Source: Octopus sinensis (lineage: Eukaryota). Taken from it: a stretch of DNA of 51,363 nt. This document shows positions 22,861-34,588 of this stretch, piece by piece. The first letter of the stretch is position 1, and each line of letters begins with the position of its first letter. Position numbers and translations under genes: made by a program. The notes beneath the pieces were generated by a model that was given only the letters and a program-made list of their open reading frames with translations, searched no databases and was not told the DNA's origin. The stretch spans positions 1-51,363 of the forward strand of contig NW_021834151.1 in the NCBI RefSeq assembly GCF_006345805.1, written 5' to 3'.

Positions 22861-22929
22861 GGATTTTTAAAATGAAAATATCTGAAATAAACTAAACTGC
22901 TCTCACAAACGAGAATACTAAAAATGAAC

Positions 22930-23820
22930 CCGACTGCTCTCAAAAATTAATAAAAAAAAAACAAGAAAAGTAATCCAGAATCCTTGACCGGTATCGGACC
23001 GATCCCCAAACCTATTCAGTTCTAAGAGTACAGGTACAAGTAGAAGAGTCCAGTTTGTTGGACATTGTTGTAGAGCTGAAAACGAGGCAATTTCTCCTCT
23101 TCTCCTCTGGAAGCCATCTACTCGCGATACCAGAGGGCGCACCCTCTCCTACTCTTATGTAATCTCCAGGGATACAGGCATCCAGCAACAGGACCTCCGT
23201 AATGCTATAATGGACCGTGAAGTCTGACGTAACATAGTAAATTCCATTGTCTCGACCACGGTCGAACAATGATGATGATGACAGGTATCGGCTGAGTCAA
23301 TTGTAAAAATTAACCCGCCGGATTTCCTGGCGGAAGAAGGTAAGAATTGCTTTCTCGTGGTAGCAGCAATTGCGTGAAACGTGATATGGAAGTCGAGAAT
23401 GAAAGATATCGTGACACACTGCTGCCTCTCTGGCCTCGTCCTCGTGGAAATGTTCACTTTTCACTTGAAAAGGAAGGTGGGGCTGGAAAGGTGTTTGCTA
23501 GAGAGTGTGTTTAAAAAACGATGGACGCGTGTAGCACGCATGATGGGAGTGAATGGCCCTGCGTGGGCACGCTTGTGTGACTATCAGGAAGTCGGTGTTA
23601 AAGAGACAGAGCTCTTGGGGTTGGAGCGTACCTGTTTCGAACACCTCATCTTGTAAATTATTGTTCGAAATTTGTTGTTTGTAATTTACTGTTTGTAATT
23701 TATTGTGCTTTAATTCATTCGACTTCATTATTCACATAAACTTTTATAATATCATCCGTTTGTATGTGACCCCGATCATGTGTTGTCCTCTCTATGTTGG
23801 CCCGCATGGGTAATAAGAAA
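22930..23820 (+). mobile_element. 5'-truncated Tx1/L1-like LINE: ORF2 C-terminus and 3' UTR
   Basis: SAESIVKINPPDFLAEEGKNCFLVVAAIA*NVIWKSRMK...FHLKRKVGLERCLLESVFKKRWTRVARM matches the IW..R...L...F..RW pattern of L1/Tx1 ORF2 ends; T-rich 3' UTR ends TGGGTAATAAGAAA. Confidence 0.7.
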
Positions 23821-23955
23821 ACAGATCCCAGAATCTTATCAGTTCGTGTCAGTCACAAGGCCAAACATCCCCGAAAGTTTCATCCGAATCCACCCAGCAC
23901 TTCTTGAGATATCCTGTCCACGGACAAACAAACAAACACGACTGAAAACAATACC

Positions 23956-24182
23956 TATTTCTTTACTACCCACAAGGGGCTAAACACAGAGGGGACAAAC
24001 AAGGACAGACAAACGGATTAAGTCGATTATATCGACTCCAGTGCGTAACTGGTACTTAATTTATCGACCCCAAAAGGATGAAAGGCAAAGTCGACCTCGG
24101 CGGAATTTGAACTCAGAACGTAACGGCAGACGAAATACGGCTACGCATTTCGCCCGACGTGCTAACGTTTCTGCCAGCTCAC
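23956..24182 (-). mobile_element. SINE family A with tail A; 17-bp TSD
   Basis: CGACTGAAAACAATACC at 23939-23955 and 24183-24199 (GGTATTGTTTTCAGTCG in element orientation). Confidence 0.9.
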
Positions 24183-24541
24183 CGACTGAAAACAATACCG
24201 CCGCCTTCGCGAAGACGGAGGTAATAATGACATACATACGTACGTACATACATATCTTGCTACAAAGCAGTGGCTGGGCGAAATTTAGTCTAAATTGGGA
24301 ATGAGAAATAAAAGGCACGTATTCCCCAAAGTTATTTGAATTAACACAAAACTATTTTTATTACAGAATTTTATATTTTTTAGATTTTTTTTTGTAGCTC
24401 TATTCCACTAAAATCTGCATTGCTAAAATCTGCATTGCAGAACATAATTTAAAATTTAGAAGCTGATGAGAGCGTAAAATGTGATTTTCCTTCTCTTGTA
24501 AAACTTCTTGATCATAATATGCACAAAAATTTATTCAATAA

Positions 24542-24544
<3 letters not shown>

Positions 24545-24588
<44 letters not shown>

Positions 24589-24635
24589 TGTGTGTGTATG
24601 TGTGTATGAGTGTGTGTGTGTTTGTGTGTGTGTAT
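24545..24635. repeat. (GT)n microsatellite
   Basis: Direct reading. Confidence 0.95.
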
Positions 24636-24711
24636 ACGAAAACCTTTCAGCGAAATGGAATTGTTTAAAACTTAGTTTGTGAAAACATTCACTGTTTTAG
24701 GAAAAGAGTTT

Positions 24712-25135
24712 GGATCTATTCGGTTTGAACGGCAGTTTTTTCTAGCGGTGTTATATGAAATTGTCACCCATAATTATGACCCTTGTATCGATCTATTGCA
24801 TTTCAGTCTGTTTTAGGGTTAGGGTTAGTTAGTGTTAGGGGTGGGGGGAAGGGCATCTTTTTTTCTTCAGAAATGTAAATAAACCCAATCTGTTTCTTAA
24901 ACGAGGGACACATTCATACGGCACAGAATGTTTTTTACTCAATAGACGTCAGTGATTGGTTGAAATTGCCGAAATGCAAGAAAAAATAACAAATATCTTA
25001 CAAACTATAGAATTTTTTCAGTAAAGCCAAGAGAAAAAAATGTTTTATAAACACATTCTACCAGTATACGAAGTTTAAAATATTTTAGTTACCTAGAAAT
25101 TATGTTAAAAACTGCCGTTCAAACCGAAAAGATCC
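24712..25135. mobile_element. MITE with ~28-bp TIRs and 8-bp TSD (Merlin-like), copy 2
   Basis: GGATCTATTCGGTTTGAACGGCAGTTTT / AAAACTGCCGTTCAAACCGAAAAGATCC; TSD AAGAGTTT on both sides. Confidence 0.9.
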
Positions 25136-25293
25136 AAGAGTTTTTTTTTTATGAGGAAACAATTTCGAATCTTTCGATAGATATATATTAAAATATTCGT
25201 CTCCTCTGTTAAAAAGTAAAGCTTGCTCCATATATTTAAATTTATTCCATTTTCAACTAATTATTATTATCAGTATCATTATTATCATGGTTA

Positions 25294-25910
25294 AAGCGGC
25301 GAGCTGGCAGAATCGTTAGTACGTCGGGCGAAATGCTTAGCGGTATTTCGTCTGACGTTACTTTCTGAGTTCAAATTTCGCCGAGGTCGACTTTGCCTTT
25401 CATTCTTTCGGGATCGATTAAATAAGTACCAGTTACGAACTGGGGTCGATATAATCGACTTAATCCGTTTGTCTGTCCTTGTTTGTCCCCTCTATGTTTA
25501 GCCCCTTGTGGGTAGTAAAGAAATAGGAATTTCGCCCCTCTCTACGTTCTGAGTTGAAATTCCGCCGAGGTTGAGTTGGCCTTTCATCCTTTCGGAGTCA
25601 ATAAATCAAGTACTAGTTCAGTACTGGGGTCGATGTAATCGACTGTTCCCCTCTCACAAATTTAAGGCCCTGTGCCTATTATAAAAGGGATTATTGTCAT
25701 GGTTAAGGCGGCGAGCTGGCAGACTCGTTAGCACGCCGGACGAAATGCTTAACGGCATTTCACCCGTCACTACGTTTTGAGTTCAAATTCCGCCGAGGTC
25801 GACTTTGCCTTTCATCCTTTCGTGGTCGATTAAATAAGTACCAGTTATATACTGGGAACGATGTAATCGACTTGATCCCCTCCTCCAAGCTGCCCCTGAG
25901 GCAAAAATTT
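25294..25910 (+). mobile_element. SINE family A array (head-core-tailA-core-tailB) followed by a second A copy (~25706-25910)
   Basis: Junction AAGAAATAGGAATTTCG at ~25525. Confidence 0.9.
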
Positions 25911-25959
25911 GAAATCTTAATTCTTATTACACACTAATGTGTGTATACATACTCTCTTA

Positions 25960-26300
25960 TGGCCTCCGTCGGTCATGGCTCACCTTGGATGATGTCATCC
26001 GTCCGTTGAGTTGTCTATTCAGTTTTTGCAACGCCTCATGTGGCTGTAGAGACCGATGCGAGAGTGGCGGTCTCGTTTGCAGAGGTCACACCTATACGTT
26101 GAATCCGGTCTGTTGGCTGTCAGCTGCCGCCACCATTCTTTTCGCCAGTCTGCAGTTGTTTGTGAAGGGTGCCTCTCCAGCTGGTTCGGTCGGCTGCGAG
26201 AGATCCTCCCAGGAATTGGTGTTGATGCCTAGTGCCTTCATATCCCTCCCTCACACGTCCCTGTACATACACACGCACATGAATATAGCACCACAGCTGT
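25960..26300 (-). mobile_element. RTE-clade LINE 3' end
   Basis: YRDV*GRDMKALGINTNSWEDLAADRTSWR...YRCDLCKRDRHSRIGLYSHMRRC, the typical RTE/BovB-like C-terminus with a C2H2-like finger. Confidence 0.85.
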
Positions 26301-26422
26301 GCCTTGCCCAATATTTCACGCTATCGAATTGAACTTGGTACATCTTGACTATGGCACATATTTCAGCACTAACCGGATAAAATGCATGCATACATACATG
26401 TATGTATGTATGCATGTATATA

Positions 26423-26467
<45 letters not shown>

Positions 26468-26674
26468 TATATATATATATATAATATATATATGTGACGT
26501 ATTTTTGCCATTTCAATATGGCTAACCCCTAAGGGTGGATGCTACTGTAGTTTTTAGCCCCAGGAGGACACACTCCTCCAGCTGGCCATAGACACACTTA
26601 CTGTGTCCTGTCAGTATTTCCAAAGGGAAGTCATCCTTCCCTTTATATATATATATTATATATATATATATATA

Positions 26675-26847
26675 GGTAGAGTTCACGAAAAAAACAAAAG
26701 ACGAAGACTGGTGGTGTGCAAAAGAAACAGATGTATTAGTATAACGCTCGGGAACTGAAAAAAGTATTTTACGTTTCGAGCCTACGCTCTTCTACAGAAA
26801 GGGAGACAGAAAAAACAAGGAGAGAAGAAATGTGTGTGGTGGCTAAC

Positions 26848-26851
<4 letters not shown>
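26675..26851 (-). mobile_element. Repeat family C
   Basis: Reverse complement of 15099-15300. Confidence 0.8.
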
Positions 26852-26892
<41 letters not shown>

Positions 26893-27269
26893 TATATATA
26901 TATACGTGTGTGTGTGAGTATTGTGCAGCTGTATTTATAAAGATACATTTTCTGGTGAACAGTTATTGAATTTTACGTCTAGCTGTCCATTATTTTGTTT
27001 AAAGATTATTACTGCGTCATATAGAAATAGTATACGCGCTGCGAGCACAGGTAATACATAGATAAACAGAGATAAAGAGAGTGGGAGAGAGAGAGGGAGA
27101 GAGAAAGAGAGAGATTTACACCTTAAGATTAGTGACTTGTAAGGTGTTGCCAGGCACCTGTCAGTGATCAAACACTTCAACAGAATGGAACACATTGACA
27201 AAGAGAATCATCTATTTTATAAAAAATGACCACGCCTATTATTATTATAACGACTATATTGATATATGT

Positions 27270-27372
27270 GAAGGCGCATGGCTCAGTCGATCTTACGACT
27301 GTGAGGTTGTGAGTTCGAATCCCGTACCGGGCTGCGTGATGTGTTCTTGAGCAAGACACTTCATTTCACGTT
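27270..27372 (+). mobile_element. tRNA-derived SINE head fragment
   Basis: GGCGCATGGCTCAG...GAGTTCGAATCCCG B box, then TTCTTGAGCAAGACACTT. Confidence 0.65.
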
Positions 27373-27384
27373 GCATAAATACAT

Positions 27385-28586
27385 ACTGTTGATGTTCCGT
27401 TTAAAACCTTGCAGGTTAATATCTACGAAAAGATATGAGTGGAGGGAGCGGTCCAAAAATTCGATGTGATATCCTGTGGTTGAAGGATTAGGTGTAGGGG
27501 TTAGAAAGGAGGAAGGAGAGGCTGGGCCCTGTATTACAAGACCAGCAAGCATTGAGGAGCAAAAACCATTAGACATTTAAAAAGACAATGAGAGAGAAAT
27601 AGAAATAGAGAGGGAGAATGAGAATGAAGGGAAGAGAGAGGAGACCGCAAGCCTGTTGCCAAGAGGCTGGAATACATCATTTGGTGATGGAAGGCTGTTT
27701 GGCTAAGTGGTTGTTATCTGAATGCGAGCTGGTATATCAGTATGCACAGCAGCACCATTCTAGATGTGTGGTCAATTACGCCATTTTGGACCTAAATGAA
27801 ACCTCATACAGTGCCATCAGCAGTTGAGGACTGATATATCTGCGGGTTCTAAAAAGTAGGGATTGTCTCTCGAAGCTGTCCTAACTGTACTAAGTATACG
27901 ATTTCGTACAGGAGGGATCCTCGGTGATTATGACCCGCAGCAGTCTTTGGAGTGACTGCAAGGCTGCAACTGAGTGCGTTTCATTTCTATTGAGGGTGAG
28001 CGCGAGTGGTATTACGTTTATACGAGTTTTACGTGAGTGCTTTTGCTGTTATAATGGACAAGGTTGTCATGGGCCTCAGCTATATGATGCTCACGAGGTA
28101 TCCATTTATGGGCTCAGCGAAAGTTGAGCGTGTGGTGTCTAGGTTTCATGTTGTGATACACGGTTAGAGAAGCATTGGGAGGAATGAAGTTGTTTGTTAT
28201 TTGCATAAGAGTAGATGTAGTTCGATGCAGCAGGAAATAGTAAAAGTAGAAGGAAGAGAGAATAGGAGTCAGAGCCGAATCCTGGAAAATATCAGAGGTT
28301 ATTGAGAGCAGGGAAGAAAGACTTCCAACAACGCATGCAGCAATTGTGTGATCTGATAAGGAGCTATCAATCCAAGAGATGAGAGATATTGTGGATTGGG
28401 ATACCACATACGGACGAATGCTTTGCTGGTGGCAAATGATTAGACCTACAATATCGCTTTTGCTGAAATATCTCTAAAGCGAGATCTCACCGATGAAGGA
28501 CATAAGCGAGTGAGTCCCATGTGGATTTGGCCTTGTGGAAGCCATACTGATAGTTACTGAGGAGAGAGAGAGAGAGAGACAGAGAG

Positions 28587-28629
<43 letters not shown>

Positions 28630-29050
28630 AGAAAGAAAGGAGAACTTCAAGGTGATGGCGAATGTCATTGTTAATTCCCGTCTCCGTTACTTTGGAGATG
28701 TTAGAAATGATAGCAATAGGGTGATAGTTGGCCGGGTTGGACGGGGTTGTTTTCTTTGAAATACGAGGAAACGAGGCTTGATTCTAAATGTCAGGGTATA
28801 TTTCTACAGAACGTCAGAGATTAAAATGTCTGTTGAATGTAGGGGGCAAGTTCTGGGGCGCATTATTTAAGTGTAATAGAAAGAGCTCCAGAGGTCTTGT
28901 TTGGAGCAACAGAAGGAACTTCCTCATGTCGTGTACGTAAAAGTCGAGTGGAGAGCCTATTGGTGACAAAAAGGGAATATTTACTGGATATGAGCGAAAG
29001 GTGTGTAATGTAGGGGTGGATGAAAATCAGGCAATGAAAGTCGAACAAAT
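27385..29050 (-). mobile_element. Degenerate CR1/Jockey-group LINE ORF2 (RT domain and C-terminus)
   Basis: PSNPANYHPIAIISNISKV (NYRPI), YQYGFHKAKST, ..AKAFVRMWY (SKAFDRVWH), ISWIDSSLSDHTI, IYSYANN (YADD), NLQGFKRNIN; many stops and frameshifts; split by (AG)/(GAAA)n at ~28560-28640. Confidence 0.9.
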
Positions 29051-29365
29051 TTAGCGCCTTCAGGCTATCATCTCTTTGGCCTCATGAAAGAGGGTTTGAG
29101 AGGCAAACATTATTCCAGTGACGTGGAAGTGAAAACTGTAGTGAAGAAGTGGCTCAAAGAACTGTCAACAGAATTTTACGGGGCAGTGGTACATGCTCTC
29201 ATTCGAAGGTGTAACATTGCTATTGAGAGAAACGGTGACTATGTTGAGAAGTAGGGATGTAATCCACAGAGGATCAGCTTCATTTTGATGTGTGATACAT
29301 GTTCCTGTGTTGGTAATTATACCTGTCCTAAACAAAATGACATTACTTTTTGATTCTCCCTCGTA
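29051..29365 (+). mobile_element. Mariner transposon 3' half with right TIR
   Basis: LAPSGYHLFGLMKEGLRGKHYSSDVEVKTVVKKWL...RNGDYVEK* (29051-29254), TIR ATTACTTTTTGATTCTCCCTCG then TA. Confidence 0.9.
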
Positions 29366-29469
29366 TATTATATATATATATATATATGTATCTTACCTTT
29401 AAACACACAACTCACACGCACGTATACGCACACACAGGTACACACCCTATAAATCCGCAGATAACTATC

Positions 29470-29830
29470 AATGGATAGTTATCCGAGAACTTATTGAATT
29501 AATCGCATAATACGATATTTCATCTTTTTGTAAGGGGAGGTTTGACTCCTGTCTTGACTCATCTTTGTGTTTATTTTTACAAGTCAAATATTTTTTCCAG
29601 GGTCTCGTCCCGAACTTCTGTAAAGTGGAATATCTTTGGGTCTTGTTCTGAATTTCTGTCTAGTGGAATTATTCTTGTAGTAACAACTACTGACAAATTA
29701 TCGAGAGGAATCATTCATTCAGTTCTATCTATTGAGTTTATGCAATGTTAAGTAACTTTGGATATTAGGTGTTTTTGCTGAGTGAGGAATATGAAGGGAT
29801 ATAGCTAAAATTTTGGTTTTAATCAAACGC
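29470..29830 (-). pseudogene. Possible degenerate PLE RT-endonuclease linker
   Basis: Frameshifted peptides *YPKLLNIA, VVVTT, IF...SRQESNL resemble the PLE linker. Confidence 0.3.
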
Positions 29831-29854
29831 CCAACTGTTTATGATGGGATGGAA

Positions 29855-30435
29855 GGCGGCGAGCTGGCAGAATCGTTATAGTACGCAGGACGAGATGCTT
29901 AGCGGTATTTCGTCTATCTCTACGTTCTGAGTTCAAATTCCGCCGAGGTCGACTTTGCCTTCCATCCTTTTCGGGGTCGATAAATTAAGTACCAGTTATG
30001 CACTGGGGCCGATATAATCGACTTAATCCGTTTGTCCTTGTTTGTCCTCCCTGTGTTTAGCCCCTTGTGGGTAGTAAAGAAATAGGTACTTCGTCTGCCG
30101 TTACGTTCTGAGTTCAAATTCCGCCGAGGTCGACTTTGCCTTCCATCCTTTCAGGGTCGATAAATTAAGTACCAGTTATGCACTGGGTCGATATAATCGA
30201 CTTAATCCGTTTGTCTGTCCTTGTTAGTCCTCTCTGTGTTTAGCCCCTTGTGGGTAGTAAAGAAATAGGTATTTCGTCTGCCGCTACGTTCTGAGTTGAA
30301 ATTCTACCGAGGTCGACTTTGCCTTTCATCCTTTTGGGGTTGATAAATTAAGTACCAGCCAAGTTCTGGGGTCGATGTAATCGACGTACTCCCACCCCAC
30401 GAATTTCAGGCGTTGTGCCTACAGTGGAAAGCTTT
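29855..30435 (+). mobile_element. SINE family A array (head-core-tailA-core-tailA-core-tailB)
   Basis: Junctions AAGAAATAGGTAC/TTTCG at ~30082 and ~30265. Confidence 0.9.
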
Positions 30436-30727
30436 TTGATGTGTTGGAGTAATGAGTCTTCCCCCAGGGGTTCTTAGCATAAAACTGGCTGAGCTTCGAC
30501 TTGAAGTGATAAAGAATCCGGCTGGATGAGGCCGCTCTTAGGTATGTGTTAGCGTATTGAACTGTTGTGAGGTAATAGTAGACGGATGACCTTACAGGTG
30601 CAAAGATGGTCACGATTTGGGAAACGTTGGATTTAAGAGTAACAAAGCGTTTGGCGTGTGACGGTCTAGGGTTCGAGTAGGGGAAGAAAATATAAGATAG
30701 GTGTAAAGAGTGGGGAACAGCAAAGTA

Positions 30728-31294
30728 TTGGGTTGTCCAGAAAGTTCGTGCCGATTTATAGCAGCTTACCTTTCGACTTATTTTAGAACATGTTTGAGTC
30801 CATAAAATAGGATTTGACTACACTTCCATTTATAGCACAGTTTAAGCTATCTTTTCGTGGAAGAAGGTTTATGTTCCTATAACTTGTGTTAATTCTGTAA
30901 CCCTTTAAAATGGAAGATAAGAAAGTTCATTTTCAGCACTTGATGCTTTGGGAACCAAATAAAAATTGCTGCAGCTCGGCTGGAATGTGTTACCCTACCA
31001 TCCATATTCACCAGATATTGCTCCTTCGGATTTCCACTTATTCAGGTCTCTGCAGAATAGTCTTAATGGAAACAAATTTCAATTTCTTGGATGACGTAAA
31101 AAGATACCTTGATGAATTCTTTGCCATGAAACCACCTCAGTTCTGGGAAGAGGGTATTTTCAAGTTAAAGGAAAGATGGAGATGCATTGTGCAACAAAAT
31201 GGTTCATATTTGGTTGATTAAAAATGTAATGGCAAGTATTTATTGACCTTTTTCTTTCCTTTAAATATCGGCACGAACTTTCCGGACAACCCAA
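30728..31294 (+). mobile_element. Internally deleted mariner with intact TIRs and TA TSD
   Basis: TIR TTGGGTTGTCC(A/G)GAAAGTTCGTGCCGA at both ends, flanked by TA; MEDKKVHFQHLMLW fused to ...YHPYSPDIAPSDFHLFRSLQNSL...RWRCIVQQNGSYLVD*. Confidence 0.95.
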
Positions 31295-31382
31295 TATTTG
31301 GCTTTCATAATAGGCAGCATCAGAATAGGGTGGGTGTAATGTTCTTGAATAATTGCGAACATTCAAATCCAGATTATAATCA

Positions 31383-31430
<48 letters not shown>

Positions 31431-31613
31431 CCTCTCTCTGTTTCTCTCTCTTTCTTTCTTTCGTTTTCTCTCTCTCTCTCTCTTTCTCTCTCTACTTCTC
31501 CCTCAGTCTCATAGACTGTGATTTTTCTGGCTTCCTCTCTTTCTGTCCTTCTGTGTTATGTCTCTCTCTGTACACGCATCTTTGTGCGTGTGTGTATGTG
31601 TGCGTGTGCGTGT

Positions 31614-31646
<33 letters not shown>

Positions 31647-31958
31647 ATTATCGTTGCTGATATTGTAGTGACAGCGATGGTGGTGGCGGTGATGGTGGCT
31701 GTGATTATGGGGGAACAGTATTCATGTTCGTGTCAGTTGACATCTTAAGTGATATTTTATTTACGATTTTCGCTGATAACACAATTGTTGTTTAAGGTAT
31801 AATGTTTTATCTTGACATCGCTAATATTACACCGACGATAATACAATTTACTATTGTATTTACAGTTATTGTTGCTTTTATTGTTGTCGTCCGCTTCCTC
31901 TCTCTCTCACTCTCTCTCTCTCTCGCTCTTGATGTACATTTATCTTTTCAAAACTCAG

Positions 31959-32139
31959 CTGTTTAAACTCGCCCTGCTCGAACGACACCATGTTTTACGG
32001 CTTCCAAGACAGTCTAGATCAATTTAATGCTTACGATGTAGATTTATATGACAGCTGCAACACAGACGTGACGGATAAGAGGAAGGAAGCAAAGCAAAAG
32101 CAAAGACGGAGAAAAATAAACAACATTTGTAGGAAATAA
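31959..32139 (+). CDS. Candidate terminal exon (CLNSPCSNDTMFYGFQDSLDQFNAYDVDLYDSCNTDVTDKRKEAKQKQRRRKINNICRK*)
   Basis: TTTATCTTTTCAAAACTCAG acceptor then 59 open codons with protein-like composition; no homology recognised. Confidence 0.25.
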
Positions 32140-32454
32140 TACAATGAAAACAATGTAAAAATCGAACGAAAATCTTGATAAGCGCGATTGTAAATACATA
32201 TGTATACGTACACACGCACACACATACCTGTATATATATCAAAATGCAATTACAGATATGTAAGTATACAGATATTGTATATACTATGCATGTATATATG
32301 TATATAAACACACACGTACACACAAGCATACACTCATATATATTTTCATATATATATAGACACACACATACGTATTCATATTTATACCTATATATTTACA
32401 CATACGTCCCTGTATACTTGCATGTATATATGCATCACTCTCTCTCTCTACCTT

Positions 32455-32600
32455 TCTCTCACTTACCAGCCACATGGTTCCGGGTTCAGTCCCACTGCGT
32501 GGCACCTTGGGCAAGTGTCTTCTACTATAGCCTCGAGTCGACCAAAGCCTTGTGAGTGGATTTGGTAGACGGAAACTGAAGGAAGACCGTCGTATATGTG
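32455..32600 (+). mobile_element. SINE family B head (host to nested family C and SINE C pieces up to ~33200)
   Basis: Near-consensus head; internal B block resumes at ~32800-32885. Confidence 0.8.
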
Positions 32601-32619
32601 TATATATAAATATATAGAC

Positions 32620-32794
32620 GCCATGATAGATCGTTAGCCACTACACACAGTTTTTTCTCTCCTTGTTTTTTCTGTAGAAGAGCGTAGGCTCGAAACTTAA
32701 AAGACTTTTTCTATTCCTGAGCGTTATACTAATACATCTGTTTGTTTTGTACACCACCTGTCTTCGTCTTTTGTTTATTTTCGTAAACTTTCCC
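32620..32794 (+). mobile_element. Repeat family C
   Basis: Matches 15099-15300. Confidence 0.8.
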
Positions 32795-32796
32795 TT

Positions 32797-32827
<31 letters not shown>

Positions 32828-32887
32828 GTATATGTTTGTGTGTCTGTGTTTGTTCCCCTAACATCGCTTGACAACCGATGCTGGTAA

Positions 32888-33078
32888 CCGGCAGAAGGTA
32901 ATGGCGAACTTCTGCGGACTCTTCCGCCACAACTTTCTCTCACACTTTCATCCTCCATCTTGCAGCTTACATGCGACGGACCGGCGTCCCGTCCAGGTGG
33001 GGAACCTATGCGCCAAGGAAACCGGGAAACCGGCCTTATGTATGAGTCAGGCATGGCTCGAGAAAGAACAAACTAACT
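32888..33078 (+). mobile_element. SINE family C 3' part
   Basis: Matches 34400-34588. Confidence 0.75.
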
Positions 33079-33280
33079 AGCTGTTTCACTTATTAGACTG
33101 CGGCCATGCTGGGGCAACGCCTTGGAGAGGTTTTAGTTGAGTGAATCAATTCCAGGATTTATTTTTATAATTTAAGCCTGGTGTTTATTCTATCGATCTA
33201 TTTTGCTGAAAGGAACACAGAAATGAACAGGGCGAGAAAATAGAAAAAAAGGTTTAGTGGCTATCGACCTATCATGGCGA

Positions 33281-33357
<77 letters not shown>

Positions 33358-33594
33358 GTATATGTTTTTGTGCCTGTGTAGGACCCCTCACCATCGCTTG
33401 ACAACCGATGTTGGTGTGTTTACGCTCCCGTAATTCATTTACATAGGAGATCCAAAATAAAATCACAGATGCAGAAAAGAAACGAACACGCAATACAGCG
33501 AGGAAGGTATTAAAAGTATTTCCTACTGGTAATACTTTCCCTGTATGTTCCAAAAATGTAATTCTTTCCTAAATAAATTGTACTTCATATGCGA

Positions 33595-33675
33595 AGCTCC
33601 GACGAAGCTATAAGATTTTATCCATGCACTCAACTAAGAGCCCGTGGCATCTTATAGCAGAAACAACTGTAAACT
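33595..33675 (+). ncRNA. Degenerate type I hammerhead with 9-bp stem II
   Basis: AGcU-CcGACGA-a-GCUAUAAGA...UCUUAUAGC-a-GAAA-CAaCUG-U-A-AACU. Confidence 0.55.
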
Positions 33676-34006
33676 TAAGAAGAATATAACATAACCTTTG
33701 TTTTACTTGTGTCATTTCTTTTTCTTTGTTCATTATGAAAAATATGGCAACGAAAGGGTGATTCGTGTATTACCCAGAGACTATATATGTATGTACATTT
33801 AATATTTAGAAAGCAAAATTAGTTCTTTGAACTAATTGTTTTTCTTAATGAGAAATATATCCGTAAAATCGTTAAAGCTTGGAAATCTAAACTTTGCGTC
33901 GAAATAATAATGAAATCTAGTTTGCCATTCCCCATTCCGGCATAAACAAAGTATGATATGTTGATTAGCTTGATCAACTATATATCGCATATCAGGGTGG
34001 CGAGCT

Positions 34007-34225
34007 GGCAGAAAGGTTAGCGCGCCGGGCGAAATACTTAGCGGCATTTCGTCTGTCGTTACGTTCTGAGTTCAAATTCTGCCGATGTTGACTTTGCCTT
34101 TCATCCTTTAGGGGTCGATTAACTAAGTCCCAGTTACGCACTGGGGTCGATATAATCGACTTAATCCCTTTGTCTGTCTTTGTTTGTCCCTTCTATGTTT
34201 ATCCCCTTGTGGGCAATAAAGAAAT
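34007..34225 (+). mobile_element. SINE family A with tail A
   Basis: Head, core and tail A, ending in (TA)n. Confidence 0.85.
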
Positions 34226-34287
34226 ATATATATCATATATTGCACTCACTGCGTATATTAAATATTGTAATCTTACATACGTTTTTG

Positions 34288-34588
34288 TGGAGGCATATGG
34301 CCTAGTGGTTTTAGAGCAGCAGACTCGCGATCGATGGATCGCGGGTTCGATTCTCAGACCGGGCGATGCGTCTGTTTATGAGCAAAACACATAAGCTCCA
34401 CGCGGCACCGGCAGAAGGTAATGGCGAACTTCTGCTGACTCTTTCGCCACAACTTTCTCTCTTTCCTCCATCTTGCAGCTCACCTGCAGCGGACCGGCGT
34501 CCCGTCCAGGTGGGGAATCCATACACCAAGGAAACCGGGAAACCGGCCCTGATGAGCCAGGCATGGCTCGAGAAGGGACAAACAGCAC
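34288..34588 (+). mobile_element. SINE family C, full length
   Basis: A box TGGCCTAGTGG, B box GGGTTCGATTC, conserved block GGACCGGCGTCCCGTCCAGG, tail GGCTCGAGAAGGGACAAAC; related copies at 32888 and 41141. Confidence 0.8.

Noticed and set aside
27270-27330. tRNA genes at SINE heads
   Set aside because: A/B boxes are present but there is no complete cloverleaf, and each continues into SINE body sequence.
34545-34580. CTGATGAGCCAGGCATGGCTCGAGAA as a hammerhead
   Set aside because: No GAAA directly after stem II and no stem I/III; CTGATGA is absent from the sister copy at ~33040.
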